Assembly (NCBI RefSeq): GCF_048403405.1
Contig: NZ_CP183129.1
Direction: 5' to 3' (one strand)
From: Escherichia coli
Lineage (GTDB): Bacteria; Pseudomonadota; Gammaproteobacteria; Enterobacterales; Enterobacteriaceae
DNA: 64,000 nt
How positions within the stretch are numbered: the first letter of the stretch is position 1; every line of letters starts with the position of its first letter. Under the pieces are notes generated by a model. That model had not been told where the DNA came from. It saw nothing but the letters and a program-made list of their open reading frames with translations, and did no database searches. This document shows positions 9,719 through 21,009 of the stretch, in pieces. The position numbers and the translations under genes were made by a program.

Positions 9719-11866
9719 ATGAACGTTATTGCAATATTGAATCACATGGGGGTTTATTTTAAAGAAGAACCCATCCGTGAACTTCATCGCGCGCTTGAAC
9801 GTCTGAACTTCCAGATTGTTTACCCGAACGACCGTGACGACTTATTAAAACTGATCGAAAACAATGCGCGTCTGTGCGGCGTTATTTTTGACTGGGATAA
9901 ATATAATCTCGAGCTGTGCGAAGAAATTAGCAAAATGAACGAGAACCTGCCGTTGTACGCGTTCGCTAATACGTATTCCACTCTCGATGTAAGCCTGAAT
10001 GACCTGCGTTTACAGATTAGCTTCTTTGAATATGCGCTGGGTGCTGCTGAAGATATTGCTAACAAGATCAAGCAGACCACTGACGAATATATCAACACTA
10101 TTCTGCCTCCGCTGACCAAAGCATTGTTTAAATATGTTCGTGAAGGTAAATATACTTTCTGTACTCCTGGTCACATGGGCGGTACTGCATTCCAGAAAAG
10201 CCCGGTAGGTAGCCTGTTCTATGATTTCTTTGGTCCGAACACCATGAAATCTGATATTTCCATTTCAGTATCTGAACTGGGTTCTCTGCTGGATCACAGT
10301 GGTCCACACAAAGAAGCAGAACAGTATATCGCTCGCGTCTTTAACGCAGACCGCAGCTACATGGTGACCAACGGTACTTCCACTGCGAACAAAATTGTTG
10401 GTATGTACTCTGCTCCGGCAGGCAGCACCATTCTGATTGACCGTAACTGCCACAAATCGCTGACCCACCTGATGATGATGAGCGATGTTACGCCAATCTA
10501 TTTCCGCCCGACCCGTAACGCTTACGGTATTCTTGGTGGTATCCCACAGAGTGAATTCCAGCACGCTACCATTGCTAAGCGCGTGAAAGAAACACCAAAC
10601 GCAACCTGGCCGGTACATGCTGTAATTACCAACTCTACCTATGATGGTCTGCTGTACAACACCGACTTCATCAAGAAAACACTGGATGTGAAATCCATCC
10701 ACTTTGACTCCGCGTGGGTGCCTTACACCAACTTCTCACCGATTTACGAAGGTAAATGCGGTATGAGCGGTGGCCGTGTAGAAGGGAAAGTGATTTACGA
10801 AACCCAGTCTACTCACAAACTGCTGGCGGCGTTCTCTCAGGCTTCCATGATCCACGTTAAAGGTGACGTAAACGAAGAAACCTTTAACGAAGCCTACATG
10901 ATGCACACCACCACCTCTCCGCACTACGGTATCGTGGCGTCCACTGAAACCGCTGCGGCGATGATGAAAGGCAATGCAGGTAAGCGTCTGATCAACGGTT
11001 CCATTGAACGTGCGATCAAATTCCGTAAAGAGATCAAACGTCTGAGAACGGAATCTGATGGCTGGTTCTTTGATGTATGGCAGCCGGATCATATCGATAC
11101 CACTGAATGCTGGCCGCTGCGTTCTGACAGCACCTGGCACGGCTTCAAAAACATCGATAACGAGCACATGTATCTTGACCCGATCAAAGTCACCCTGCTG
11201 ACTCCGGGGATGGAAAAAGACGGCACCATGAGCGACTTTGGTATTCCGGCCAGCATCGTGGCGAAATACCTCGACGAACATGGCATCGTTGTTGAGAAAA
11301 CCGGTCCGTATAACCTGCTGTTCCTGTTCAGCATCGGTATCGATAAGACCAAAGCACTGAGCCTGCTGCGTGCTCTGACTGACTTCAAACGTGCGTTCGA
11401 CCTGAACCTGCGTGTGAAAAACATGCTGCCGTCTCTGTATCGTGAAGATCCTGAATTCTATGAAAACATGCGTATTCAGGAACTGGCTCAGAATATCCAT
11501 AAACTGATTGTTCACCACAATCTGCCGGATCTGATGTATCGCGCATTTGAAGTGCTGCCGACAATGGTAATGACTCCGTATGCTGCGTTCCAGAAAGAGC
11601 TGCACGGTATGACCGAAGAAGTTTACCTCGACGAAATGGTAGGTCGTATTAACGCCAATATGATCCTTCCGTATCCGCCGGGAGTTCCTCTGGTAATGCC
11701 GGGTGAAATGATCACCGAAGAAAGCCGTCCGGTTCTGGAGTTCCTGCAGATGCTGTGTGAAATCGGCGCTCACTATCCGGGCTTTGAAACCGATATTCAC
11801 GGTGCATACCGTCAGGCTGATGGCCGCTATACCGTTAAGGTATTGAAAGAAGAAAGCAAAAAATAA
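9719..11866 (+). CDS. cadA: inducible lysine decarboxylase CadA, 715 aa
   Basis: ORF track starts at 9680; ATG at 9719 gives MNVIAILNHMGVYFKEEP matching recalled CadA; PLP-lysine motif region STHKLL present; paralog of the adiA product. Confidence 0.95.
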   Translation: MNVIAILNHMGVYFKEEPIRELHRALERLNFQIVYPNDRDDLLKLIENNARLCGVIFDWDKYNLELCEEISKMNENLPLYAFANTYSTLDVSLNDLRLQISFFEYALGAAEDIANKIKQTTDEYINTILPPLTKALFKYVREGKYTFCTPGHMGGTAFQKSPVGSLFYDFFGPNTMKSDISISVSELGSLLDHSGPHKEAEQYIARVFNADRSYMVTNGTSTANKIVGMYSAPAGSTILIDRNCHKSLTHLMMMSDVTPIYFRPTRNAYGILGGIPQSEFQHATIAKRVKETPNATWPVHAVITNSTYDGLLYNTDFIKKTLDVKSIHFDSAWVPYTNFSPIYEGKCGMSGGRVEGKVIYETQSTHKLLAAFSQASMIHVKGDVNEETFNEAYMMHTTTSPHYGIVASTETAAAMMKGNAGKRLINGSIERAIKFRKEIKRLRTESDGWFFDVWQPDHIDTTECWPLRSDSTWHGFKNIDNEHMYLDPIKVTLLTPGMEKDGTMSDFGIPASIVAKYLDEHGIVVEKTGPYNLLFLFSIGIDKTKALSLLRALTDFKRAFDLNLRVKNMLPSLYREDPEFYENMRIQELAQNIHKLIVHHNLPDLMYRAFEVLPTMVMTPYAAFQKELHGMTEEVYLDEMVGRINANMILPYPPGVPLVMPGEMITEESRPVLEFLQMLCEIGAHYPGFETDIHGAYRQADGRYTVKVLKEESKK

Positions 11867-11877
11867 TTAGCTCGTAC

Positions 11878-11906
11878 AAGGGAAGTGGCTTGCCACTTCC
11901 CTTTTT
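11878..11906 (+). terminator. rho-independent terminator downstream of cadA
   Basis: Hairpin gggaagtgg-cttg-ccacttccc followed by ttttttg. Confidence 0.7.
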
Positions 11907-11924
11907 TGCTCATAAGGAGAACAC

Positions 11925-13382
11925 ATGAAAACACCCTCACAGCCGCGCGCGATATACTATATCGTGGCGATCCAAATCTGGGAGTACTTCAGTTTTTACG
12001 GCATGCGTGCCTTACTCATTCTCTATCTCACCCATCAGCTTGGTTTTGATGATAACCATGCCATCAGCCTGTTCAGCGCATATGCTTCTCTGGTTTACGT
12101 TACCCCTATTCTCGGCGGCTGGCTTGCCGACCGCCTGCTCGGCAACCGCACTGCAGTGATTGCCGGCGCGCTGTTAATGACCCTTGGCCATGTAGTGCTG
12201 GGCATTGATACAAATTCAACCTTTAGCCTGTATCTGGCGCTGGCAATCATTATTTGTGGCTACGGTTTATTCAAATCAAACATCAGCTGTTTGCTTGGCG
12301 AGCTCTACGACGAGAACGATCATCGACGTGATGGCGGTTTTTCGCTGCTGTATGCTGCAGGCAATATCGGTTCTATCGCCGCCCCCATCGCCTGCGGCCT
12401 GGCTGCTCAGTGGTATGGATGGCATGTTGGCTTTGCCCTTGCGGGTGGCGGCATGTTTATCGGTTTGTTGATTTTCTTAAGCGGTCATCGTCATTTCCAG
12501 TCCACGCGTAGTATGGATAAGAAAGCGCTCACTAGCGTCAAATTTGCCTTACCAGTATGGAGCTGGTTAGTGGTGATGCTCTGTTTAGCCCCAGTATTTT
12601 TTACCCTGCTGCTGGAGAACGACTGGTCCGGATATTTGCTGGCGATCGTTTGCCTCATTGCAGCACAAATCATTGCCCGCATGATGATCAAATTCCCCGA
12701 ACACCGCCGTGCTCTTTGGCAAATTGTATTGTTGATGTTTGTCGGGACGTTGTTCTGGGTACTGGCACAACAGGGCGGCAGTACCATCAGCTTGTTTATC
12801 GATCGCTTTGTGAATCGTCAGGCATTCAATATTGAAGTACCTACAGCACTATTCCAGTCGGTGAATGCCATTGCGGTGATGCTCGCTGGGGTTGTTCTGG
12901 CCTGGCTGGCGTCGCCAGAAAGCCGCGGCAATTCAGCATTGCGCGTCTGGCTGAAGTTTGCCTTTGGCTTACTGCTGATGGCTTGTGGCTTTATGTTGCT
13001 GGCATTTGATGCCCGACATGCAGCGGCTGGCGGTCAAGCGTCAATGGGCGTGATGGTATCCGGGCTGGCGCTAATGGGCTTTGCTGAACTCTTTATTGAC
13101 CCGGTGGCGATTGCGCAAATCACGCGTCTGAAAATGTCTGGCGTATTAACCGGTATTTATATGCTGGCAACAGGCGCGGTCGCCAACTGGCTGGCAGGCG
13201 TCGTGGCACAGCAGACGACAGAGTCGCAAATTAGCGGTATGGCAATTGCCGCTTACCAGCGATTCTTTTCTCAGATGGGAGAGTGGACGTTGGCTTGTGT
13301 CGCGATCATCGTGGTATTGGCCTTTGCTACCCGTTTTCTGTTTAGCACGCCGACGAATATGATACAGGAGAGCAACGATTAA
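11925..13382 (+). CDS. dtpC: proton-dependent di/tripeptide transporter DtpC (YjdL), 485 aa
   Basis: ORF with RBS aaggag; POT/PTR2-family MFS transporter; matches recalled DtpC. Confidence 0.93.
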   Translation: MKTPSQPRAIYYIVAIQIWEYFSFYGMRALLILYLTHQLGFDDNHAISLFSAYASLVYVTPILGGWLADRLLGNRTAVIAGALLMTLGHVVLGIDTNSTFSLYLALAIIICGYGLFKSNISCLLGELYDENDHRRDGGFSLLYAAGNIGSIAAPIACGLAAQWYGWHVGFALAGGGMFIGLLIFLSGHRHFQSTRSMDKKALTSVKFALPVWSWLVVMLCLAPVFFTLLLENDWSGYLLAIVCLIAAQIIARMMIKFPEHRRALWQIVLLMFVGTLFWVLAQQGGSTISLFIDRFVNRQAFNIEVPTALFQSVNAIAVMLAGVVLAWLASPESRGNSALRVWLKFAFGLLLMACGFMLLAFDARHAAAGGQASMGVMVSGLALMGFAELFIDPVAIAQITRLKMSGVLTGIYMLATGAVANWLAGVVAQQTTESQISGMAIAAYQRFFSQMGEWTLACVAIIVVLAFATRFLFSTPTNMIQESND

Positions 13383-13618
13383 CTGTCGTAAAAACAATTG
13401 GTTATGAATAAATTAACTTTCAGTTTATCACACTAGCAAATCGAGATTAATAAGTCATTTAAACCATTTTTATGGTTATTTATTAGTGATATCAACTTGA
13501 GGTAAGCGTTAGTTTCGATAAGATAAACTGAGTTATTAATAGTCGAGGCAGATAATACAGTGTACCGATCTGTCTCTTTATCTACGCTAAATTGAAAGCT
13601 GGATTTAGAGGAACCAAA

Positions 13619-15136
13619 ATGTCTGAACGAGAAACACGGGGAGCCAATGAGGCTATTGATTTTAACGATGAACTGAGAAATCGCCGCGAAAAACTGGCGG
13701 CACTACGTCAGCAAGGTGTGGCGTTTCCCAATGATTTTCGCCGCGACCATACCTCTGACCAGTTGCACGAAGAGTTTGATGCGAAGGATAACCAGGAACT
13801 GGAATCCTTAAACATTGAAGTCTCGGTTGCTGGCCGAATGATGACCCGTCGTATCATGGGGAAAGCCTCCTTTGTAACGTTGCAGGATGTCGGTGGCCGT
13901 ATTCAACTGTACGTTGCAAGAGATAGCCTGCCAGAAGGTGTTTATAACGATCAGTTTAAAAAATGGGATCTGGGTGACATTATCGGTGCCCGCGGTACGC
14001 TGTTTAAGACGCAAACGGGTGAGCTTTCCATTCACTGTACTGAGCTGCGCCTGCTGACTAAAGCACTACGTCCTTTACCAGATAAATTCCATGGTCTGCA
14101 GGATCAGGAAGTCCGTTATCGTCAACGTTATCTGGACCTCATCGCTAACGATAAATCCCGTCAAACGTTTGTTGTCCGTTCAAAAATTCTGGCCGCTATC
14201 CGTCAGTTCATGGTCGCGCGCGGCTTTATGGAAGTAGAAACCCCGATGATGCAGGTAATTCCAGGTGGGGCATCTGCTCGCCCGTTTATTACCCATCATA
14301 ACGCTCTGGATTTAGATATGTACCTGCGTATCGCGCCAGAGCTGTATCTGAAACGTCTGGTTGTAGGCGGTTTTGAACGGGTATTCGAAATCAACCGTAA
14401 CTTCCGTAATGAAGGTATTTCTGTTCGCCATAATCCTGAGTTCACAATGATGGAACTCTACATGGCGTATGCGGATTACCACGATTTGATTGAACTGACA
14501 GAGTCACTGTTCCGCACCCTGGCACAAGAGGTTCTGGGTACCACTAAAGTCACTTATGGCGAGCATGTGTTTGATTTCGGCAAACCGTTTGAAAAACTCA
14601 CCATGCGCGAAGCAATCAAAAAATATCGTCCAGAAACCGATATGGCCGACCTGGATAATTTTGATGCCGCTAAAGCATTAGCTGAATCTATTGGTATTAC
14701 GGTAGAGAAAAGCTGGGGGCTGGGACGTATTGTCACGGAGATCTTTGATGAAGTGGCAGAAGCACATCTGATTCAGCCAACCTTTATTACGGAATATCCC
14801 GCAGAAGTGTCACCGCTGGCGCGCCGTAATGATGTTAACCCGGAAATCACCGACCGATTTGAATTCTTCATCGGTGGTCGTGAAATCGGTAATGGTTTTA
14901 GCGAATTAAACGACGCAGAAGATCAGGCTGAACGTTTCCAGGAACAGGTTAACGCTAAAGCTGCAGGTGACGACGAAGCCATGTTCTATGACGAAGATTA
15001 CGTGACTGCGCTGGAATATGGTTTGCCACCAACCGCTGGTCTGGGTATTGGTATCGACCGAATGATTATGCTGTTTACAAACAGTCATACTATTCGCGAC
15101 GTTATTCTCTTCCCGGCGATGCGCCCACAGAAATAA
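13619..15136 (+). CDS. lysU: lysyl-tRNA synthetase, heat-inducible isoform LysU, 505 aa
   Basis: ORF track starts at 13592; ATG at 13619 gives the [25 protein letters not shown]-terminus of class II LysRS; position next to dtpC/cadA identifies it as lysU rather than lysS. Confidence 0.93.
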   Translation: MSERETRGANEAIDFNDELRNRREKLAALRQQGVAFPNDFRRDHTSDQLHEEFDAKDNQELESLNIEVSVAGRMMTRRIMGKASFVTLQDVGGRIQLYVARDSLPEGVYNDQFKKWDLGDIIGARGTLFKTQTGELSIHCTELRLLTKALRPLPDKFHGLQDQEVRYRQRYLDLIANDKSRQTFVVRSKILAAIRQFMVARGFMEVETPMMQVIPGGASARPFITHHNALDLDMYLRIAPELYLKRLVVGGFERVFEINRNFRNEGISVRHNPEFTMMELYMAYADYHDLIELTESLFRTLAQEVLGTTKVTYGEHVFDFGKPFEKLTMREAIKKYRPETDMADLDNFDAAKALAESIGITVEKSWGLGRIVTEIFDEVAEAHLIQPTFITEYPAEVSPLARRNDVNPEITDRFEFFIGGREIGNGFSELNDAEDQAERFQEQVNAKAAGDDEAMFYDEDYVTALEYGLPPTAGLGIGIDRMIMLFTNSHTIRDVILFPAMRPQK

Positions 15137-15148
15137 TTTTCACTTTAA

Positions 15149-15182
15149 TGAACGAAGCAGTCAGGCGACTGCTTCGTTCATC
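15149..15182. terminator. hairpin between convergent lysU and ghoT (possible bidirectional terminator)
   Basis: 12-bp perfect inverted repeat tgaacgaagcag/ctgcttcgttca; no strong T-tract on either side. Confidence 0.4.
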
Positions 15183-15254
15183 ATTCCGCAAATCCAGTTT
15201 TGAGGAGAGACGCTTCGTTTCACGATAACCAGCGGGTCCACTCAACTACAGCTC

Positions 15255-15428
15255 CTAAAAGAGAGAAAAAAGTAATGCCACAGGCAGACTCATTGGCCAG
15301 GTTATTCCGACCAGGAATGCACTAAGTAAACGAATATGTGTTTTCTCATGTGAGATAAACCAGATAATGACAAAGGATATGTTCACACCAATCACATAAA
15401 AAATTAATATTTTAGAGAATAGTGCCAT
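15255..15428 (-). CDS. ghoT: type V toxin GhoT, small membrane-lytic peptide, 57 aa
   Basis: Not in the supplied ORF track (below size cutoff); minus-strand translation read by hand gives MALFSKILIFYVIGVNISFVIIWFISHEKTHIRLLSAFLVGITWPMSLPVALLFSLF, matching recalled GhoT; immediately downstream of ghoS. Confidence 0.85.
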   Translation of the reverse strand: MALFSKILIFYVIGVNISFVIIWFISHEKTHIRLLSAFLVGITWPMSLPVALLFSLF

Positions 15429-15455
15429 TTTTTATGTTCTTCTTATCCTTCCTGG

Positions 15456-15752
15456 CTACTTGTAAAACTGACGGAAATAGTCATCAACGGTCATAATGTT
15501 GAGGTCAAAATCAATATCCGGTAAGTCTAAGCATTTAAGCCTGATTAAATCTTCGATTTCACTTGCGGCTAACGATGTCGTTATTGCGAAGGAGTTTTCA
15601 TTCAATTGTCGTGGTATCCCATATTCATCAGCCACGATAGAGGAGAAATTCATATCATACATCAATGATCTTAACCTTAAGAACACTGAGGAATAAGATG
15701 ATGGATAATCAAAAGAAACAACATAAGTATTGAACTTGTTTTTACCTTCCAT
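15456..15752 (-). CDS. ghoS: type V antitoxin GhoS (endoribonuclease cleaving ghoT mRNA), 98 aa
   Basis: ORF MEGKNKFNTYVVSFDYPSSYSSVFLRLRSLMYDMNFSS... matches recalled GhoS (YjdK). Confidence 0.9.
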   Translation of the reverse strand: MEGKNKFNTYVVSFDYPSSYSSVFLRLRSLMYDMNFSSIVADEYGIPRQLNENSFAITTSLAASEIEDLIRLKCLDLPDIDFDLNIMTVDDYFRQFYK

Positions 15753-15978
15753 AATATGACTCCTATCAATATTGAACGCTCTGGGGACGCAAAACTTATT
15801 AACCCCGATTGATGATTCTCATATAGGAGATATTCTTTTTTTTGCTCAGTAAAGGGGATGACTTGGGACAAAAAAACGCGCTCTCTGCCCATTCTTTGTG
15901 CATCCCCCTACCCTTCAGATGCTCACCTGCATCACACCGCGGAGAGCATGAAAAATATTGTGACTCTGTACTCTCCCA

Positions 15979-16251
15979 TCAACTGCGAATATCATCATAC
16001 TCCCGCGTTTTATCAAATTCGTGTTTCGCAAATGGGCATAGTGGGATAATTTTTCGTTTTTCCCGACGCATTTTTTCCACGACTTTCGCAACCAGCTGTT
16101 TACCAATCCCCTGCCCTTTCAGGCTTTCATCGACATCGGTATGTTCGATAATCGCTAAATTCTCTCCGGTCGGCACAAAGACAATTTCAGCGATTTGCTT
16201 GCCCTGTTCGTCATTAATGTAAAATTTATTGTGGCCTTCGCGTATTTCCAT
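15979..16251 (-). CDS. yjdJ: GNAT-family N-acetyltransferase YjdJ, 90 aa
   Basis: ORF with acetyl-CoA-binding-like motif ([18 protein letters not shown]); matches recalled YjdJ. Confidence 0.85.
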   Translation of the reverse strand: MEIREGHNKFYINDEQGKQIAEIVFVPTGENLAIIEHTDVDESLKGQGIGKQLVAKVVEKMRREKRKIIPLCPFAKHEFDKTREYDDIRS

Positions 16252-16262
16252 TTTACCCTCGC

Positions 16263-16493
16263 TTATTTATGACGGTATTTCAGCGCGCCGCTCGGGCACG
16301 TATCAATCACTTTAACCACAGTGGCAACGTCGACTTCATCCGGCATGATCCACGGCTTTCGTTTGAGATTAAATAACTTGCCGTTGCCACGTACGCAATT
16401 GCCAGAATGCTGACATATCGCAGTATTGAAATAGACATCGATCTTTTCGCCGGTATAACAGCGATAACCCCCGTCCAGTAGCGCCCGATCCAT
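16263..16493 (-). CDS. yjdI: small cysteine-rich protein YjdI (DUF1271, putative Fe-S/ferredoxin-like), 76 aa
   Basis: [41 protein letters not shown]...CPSGALKY with spaced cysteines; matches recalled YjdI. Confidence 0.85.
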   Translation of the reverse strand: MDRALLDGGYRCYTGEKIDVYFNTAICQHSGNCVRGNGKLFNLKRKPWIMPDEVDVATVVKVIDTCPSGALKYRHK

Positions 16494-16673
16494 GACCTTC
16501 CCTCTCTCATCAGTATGATTATCGCTATAAGCATAGCCCCGGAATCTTCATTCAGCACTGGCAGTTTCCGTTGCCAGAATCTCTTCCCCTATATAGCCAA
16601 TCATTCTTACTCCCTTTGAATTACCCGCCTCATCAGAGATAATGCTTAAGAAATTTGTCACACAAGGAAGCTG

Positions 16674-18305
16674 ATGAGACATTCATTGCCCTACCGCATG
16701 TTACGCAAACGTCCGATGAAATTGAGTACCACAGTGATCTTAATGGTCAGCGCGGTACTGTTCTCGGTGCTATTGGTGGTGCATCTGATTTACTTCTCGC
16801 AAATCAGTGATATGACGCGAGACGGGCTAGCCAACAAGGCACTGGCGGTGGCGCGTACCCTCGCCGACTCGCCGGAAATCCGGCAGGGCTTGCAGAAAAA
16901 ACCGCAGGAGAGCGGCATCCAGGCCATCGCGGAAGCCGTGCGCAAACGCAACGATCTGCTGTTTATTGTCGTTACCGATATGCAAAGTCTTCGCTATTCG
17001 CACCCTGAAGCCCAGCGTATTGGTCAGCCATTTAAAGGTGATGACATCCTTAAGGCGCTGAATGGCGAAGAAAATGTCGCTATCAATCGCGGTTTTCTGG
17101 CGCAGGCTTTACGCGTATTTACCCCCATCTACGATGAAAATCATAAACAAATTGGCGTGGTGGCGATCGGCCTTGAGTTAAGTCGCGTGACCCAACAGAT
17201 CAATGACAGTCGCTGGAGCATTATCTGGTCGGTATTATTTGGCATGCTGGTCGGACTGATTGGCACCTGCATTCTGGTTAACGTACTGAAAAAAATTCTT
17301 TTTGGCCTGGAACCCTACGAAATCTCCACGCTGTTTGAGCAACGCCAGGCCATGTTGCAGTCCATCAAAGAAGGCGTCGTTGCCGTGGACGATCGCGGCG
17401 AGGTCACGCTGATCAACGATGCCGCACAAGAATTGCTGAATTACCGTAAGTCGCAGGACGATGAGAAACTGTCGACGCTCAGCCACGCGTGGTCACAGGT
17501 GGTAGATGTCTCGGAAGTGTTACGCGACGGTACCCCGCGCCGCGACGAAGAGATTACGATTAAAGATCGGCTATTACTGATCAACACCGTTCCGGTGCGC
17601 AGTAATGGCGTTATCATCGGTGCCATTTCAACCTTCAGGGACAAAACTGAAGTACGTAAACTGATGCAGCGACTCGACGGTCTGGTCAACTATGCTGACG
17701 CACTTCGTGAACGATCCCACGAATTTATGAATAAATTGCATGTGATTCTCGGATTATTGCATCTGAAGAGTTATAAGCAGTTGGAAGATTACATTCTCAA
17801 AACAGCCAATAACTATCAGGAAGAGATTGGCTCTCTGCTGGGTAAGATCAAATCTCCGGTTATCGCTGGTTTTTTGATCAGCAAGATTAACCGCGCGACC
17901 GATTTAGGCCATACGCTGATTTTAAACAGTGAAAGCCAGCTGCCAGACAGCGGCAGTGAGGACCAGGTCGCGACGCTGATTACCACATTGGGAAATCTGA
18001 TAGAAAACGCGCTGGAAGCATTAGGGCCGGAACCCGGAGGCGAAATTAGCGTAACATTGCACTACCGTCACGGCTGGCTGCACTGTGAAGTTAACGATGA
18101 TGGACCGGGGATCGCACCCGACAAAATCGATCACATTTTTGACAAAGGTGTCTCGACAAAAGGAAGCGAGCGAGGCGTCGGTTTAGCACTTGTCAAACAA
18201 CAGGTAGAAAATCTCGGCGGCAGCATCGCCGTGGAATCGGAACCCGGGATTTTCACACAATTTTTTGTCCAGATACCCTGGGACGGGGAGAGGTCGAACA
18301 GATGA
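16674..18305 (+). CDS. dcuS: C4-dicarboxylate sensor histidine kinase DcuS, 543 aa
   Basis: Full ORF; TM segments flank a periplasmic sensing domain; H-box and HATPase motifs (DDGPGI) present; matches recalled DcuS. Confidence 0.95.
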   Translation: MRHSLPYRMLRKRPMKLSTTVILMVSAVLFSVLLVVHLIYFSQISDMTRDGLANKALAVARTLADSPEIRQGLQKKPQESGIQAIAEAVRKRNDLLFIVVTDMQSLRYSHPEAQRIGQPFKGDDILKALNGEENVAINRGFLAQALRVFTPIYDENHKQIGVVAIGLELSRVTQQINDSRWSIIWSVLFGMLVGLIGTCILVNVLKKILFGLEPYEISTLFEQRQAMLQSIKEGVVAVDDRGEVTLINDAAQELLNYRKSQDDEKLSTLSHAWSQVVDVSEVLRDGTPRRDEEITIKDRLLLINTVPVRSNGVIIGAISTFRDKTEVRKLMQRLDGLVNYADALRERSHEFMNKLHVILGLLHLKSYKQLEDYILKTANNYQEEIGSLLGKIKSPVIAGFLISKINRATDLGHTLILNSESQLPDSGSEDQVATLITTLGNLIENALEALGPEPGGEISVTLHYRHGWLHCEVNDDGPGIAPDKIDHIFDKGVSTKGSERGVGLALVKQQVENLGGSIAVESEPGIFTQFFVQIPWDGERSNR

Positions 18306-19021
18306 TCAATGTATTAATTATCGATGACGACGCAATGGTCGCGGAGCTGAATCGCCGATACGTAGCACAAATCCCGGGCTTTCAATGCTGTGGAACAGCC
18401 TCGACGCTGGAGAAAGCCAAAGAGATTATCTTCAATAGCGATACGCCTATCGACCTGATATTGCTCGATATCTATATGCAAAAAGAGAACGGGCTCGATT
18501 TACTGCCTGTCCTGCATAACGCACGTTGCAAAAGTGATGTGATTGTCATCTCCTCCGCAGCCGATGCGGCAACCATTAAAGATTCGCTGCATTACGGTGT
18601 CGTGGATTACCTGATCAAACCCTTCCAGGCTTCCCGCTTTGAAGAGGCGCTCACCGGCTGGCGGCAAAAGAAAATGGCGCTGGAAAAACATCAGTATTAT
18701 GACCAGGCCGAGCTTGATCAGCTAATCCACGGCAGCAGCTCCAACGAGCAGGATCCTCGTCGCTTGCCAAAAGGCTTAACGCCGCAGACGTTACGCACGC
18801 TGTGCCAGTGGATTGACGCGCATCAGGACTATGAGTTTTCAACCGACGAGCTGGCTAACGAGGTTAACATTTCGCGTGTTTCCTGCCGTAAATACCTCAT
18901 CTGGCTGGTCAACTGCCACATCTTGTTCACCAGTATCCATTATGGCGTCACGGGGCGTCCGGTTTACCGTTACCGTATTCAGGCAGAACACTACTCACTG
19001 CTGAAACAATATTGCCAATAA
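18302..19021 (+). CDS. dcuR: response regulator DcuR, 239 aa
   Basis: ATGA start/stop overlap with dcuS; CheY-like receiver (IIDDD...LLDIYM) and C-terminal HTH; matches recalled DcuR. Confidence 0.95.
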   Translation: MINVLIIDDDAMVAELNRRYVAQIPGFQCCGTASTLEKAKEIIFNSDTPIDLILLDIYMQKENGLDLLPVLHNARCKSDVIVISSAADAATIKDSLHYGVVDYLIKPFQASRFEEALTGWRQKKMALEKHQYYDQAELDQLIHGSSSNEQDPRRLPKGLTPQTLRTLCQWIDAHQDYEFSTDELANEVNISRVSCRKYLIWLVNCHILFTSIHYGVTGRPVYRYRIQAEHYSLLKQYCQ

Positions 19022-19591
19022 CGGATCGCTGGTTATCTGTAAGTAATAATTATTACTGTAATGCAAAATATTCCTGGCACAAGTTACATTCTTCATCAGT
19101 AAAACTTGTGCCAGATCAAATATAATTATCCCTCCATCATCGTTAAAAATTAATATCTCTTCAGATGAACGGTGTTTTTAATTTCAAAACGCTAACAAAA
19201 GTTAATTAACTATTATGTCACCCGCATTATGTGTATTTTTACCCACAAATGGGTAGATCAGATTAATCTATATACCTAATGATATCTGCCCTGAGAACAA
19301 AAAATAGACCGATAAATATCAATAAGATAATAGCAAACAAAACATTAACATCTGCGCAGTACAAACTATAAACCCATCGCCAGAGAGTTTTTCTCTCTGA
19401 AAAAGCCGCTTATCACAGTGCATAAATTTGCCGCTGCTTTAATCAGCCAATATTCACTGTGAGGTATTTGCTAAAGCCGGTAACGACCAAACGGATATTT
19501 AGTCAGGCTCTGAAAACAGTTCATACAAAACAGAACGTGACTGTGATCTATTCAGCAAAAATTTAAATAGGATTATCGCGAGGGTTCACAC

Positions 19592-20932
19592 ATGTTATTT
19601 ACTATCCAACTTATCATAATACTGATATGTCTGTTTTATGGTGCCAGAAAGGGTGGTATCGCGCTGGGTTTATTAGGCGGTATCGGTCTGGTCATTCTGG
19701 TCTTCGTCTTCCACCTTCAGCCAGGTAAACCACCGGTTGATGTCATGCTGGTTATCATTGCGGTGGTGGCGGCATCGGCGACCTTGCAAGCTTCGGGCGG
19801 TCTTGATGTCATGCTGCAAATTGCCGAGAAGCTGCTGCGCCGCAACCCGAAATATGTCTCAATTGTCGCGCCGTTTGTGACCTGTACGCTGACCATTCTT
19901 TGCGGTACGGGTCATGTGGTTTACACCATTCTGCCGATCATCTACGACGTCGCCATTAAGAACAACATCCGTCCGGAACGCCCGATGGCGGCAAGTTCTA
20001 TCGGTGCACAGATGGGGATTATCGCCAGTCCGGTGTCGGTTGCAGTCGTGTCTCTGGTTGCGATGCTGGGTAATGTCACCTTTGATGGTCGCCATCTTGA
20101 GTTCCTCGACCTGCTGGCAATCACCATTCCATCGACGTTAATCGGTATCCTGGCGATCGGTATCTTCAGCTGGTTCCGCGGTAAAGATCTGGATAAAGAC
20201 GAAGAGTTCCAGAAATTCATCTCCGTACCGGAAAACCGTGAGTATGTTTACGGTGATACCGCGACGCTGCTCGATAAAAAACTGCCGAAAAGCAACTGGC
20301 TTGCAATGTGGATCTTCCTCGGGGCAATCGCTGTAGTCGCACTTCTTGGTGCTGATTCGGACCTGCGTCCATCCTTCGGTGGCAAACCGCTGTCGATGGT
20401 ACTGGTTATTCAGATGTTTATGCTGCTTACCGGGGCGCTGATTATTATCCTGACCAAAACCAATCCCGCGTCTATCTCAAAAAACGAAGTCTTCCGTTCC
20501 GGTATGATCGCCATCGTGGCGGTGTACGGTATCGCATGGATGGCTGAAACCATGTTCGGTGCGCATATGTCTGAAATTCAGGGCGTACTGGGTGAAATGG
20601 TGAAAGAGTATCCGTGGGCCTATGCCATTGTTCTGCTGCTGGTTTCCAAGTTTGTAAACTCTCAGGCTGCGGCGCTGGCGGCGATTGTTCCGGTCGCGCT
20701 GGCGATCGGCGTTGATCCGGCATACATCGTGGCTTCAGCACCGGCTTGCTACGGTTATTACATCCTGCCGACTTATCCGAGCGATCTGGCAGCGATTCAG
20801 TTTGACCGTTCCGGCACCACCCACATCGGTCGCTTCGTCATCAACCACAGCTTTATTCTGCCGGGGTTGATTGGTGTGAGCGTATCGTGCGTCTTCGGCT
20901 GGATCTTCGCCGCGATGTACGGGTTCTTATAA
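19592..20932 (+). CDS. dcuB: anaerobic C4-dicarboxylate antiporter DcuB, 446 aa
   Basis: Hydrophobic ORF paralogous to the dcuA product (shared LLRRNPKY motif); preceded by a 570-bp AT-rich regulatory region; matches recalled DcuB. Confidence 0.95.
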
Positions 20933-21009
20933 ATGCACTTTGCGTGCCGCCCGTGACTACGCGGCACGCCATTTTCGAATAACAAATACAGAGTTACAGG
21001 CTGGAAGCT

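Noticed and set aside
16307-16558. 83-aa minus-strand ORF overlapping yjdI in another frame
   Set aside because: Alternative-frame overlap of a recognised gene; yjdI (16263-16493) is the supported call.
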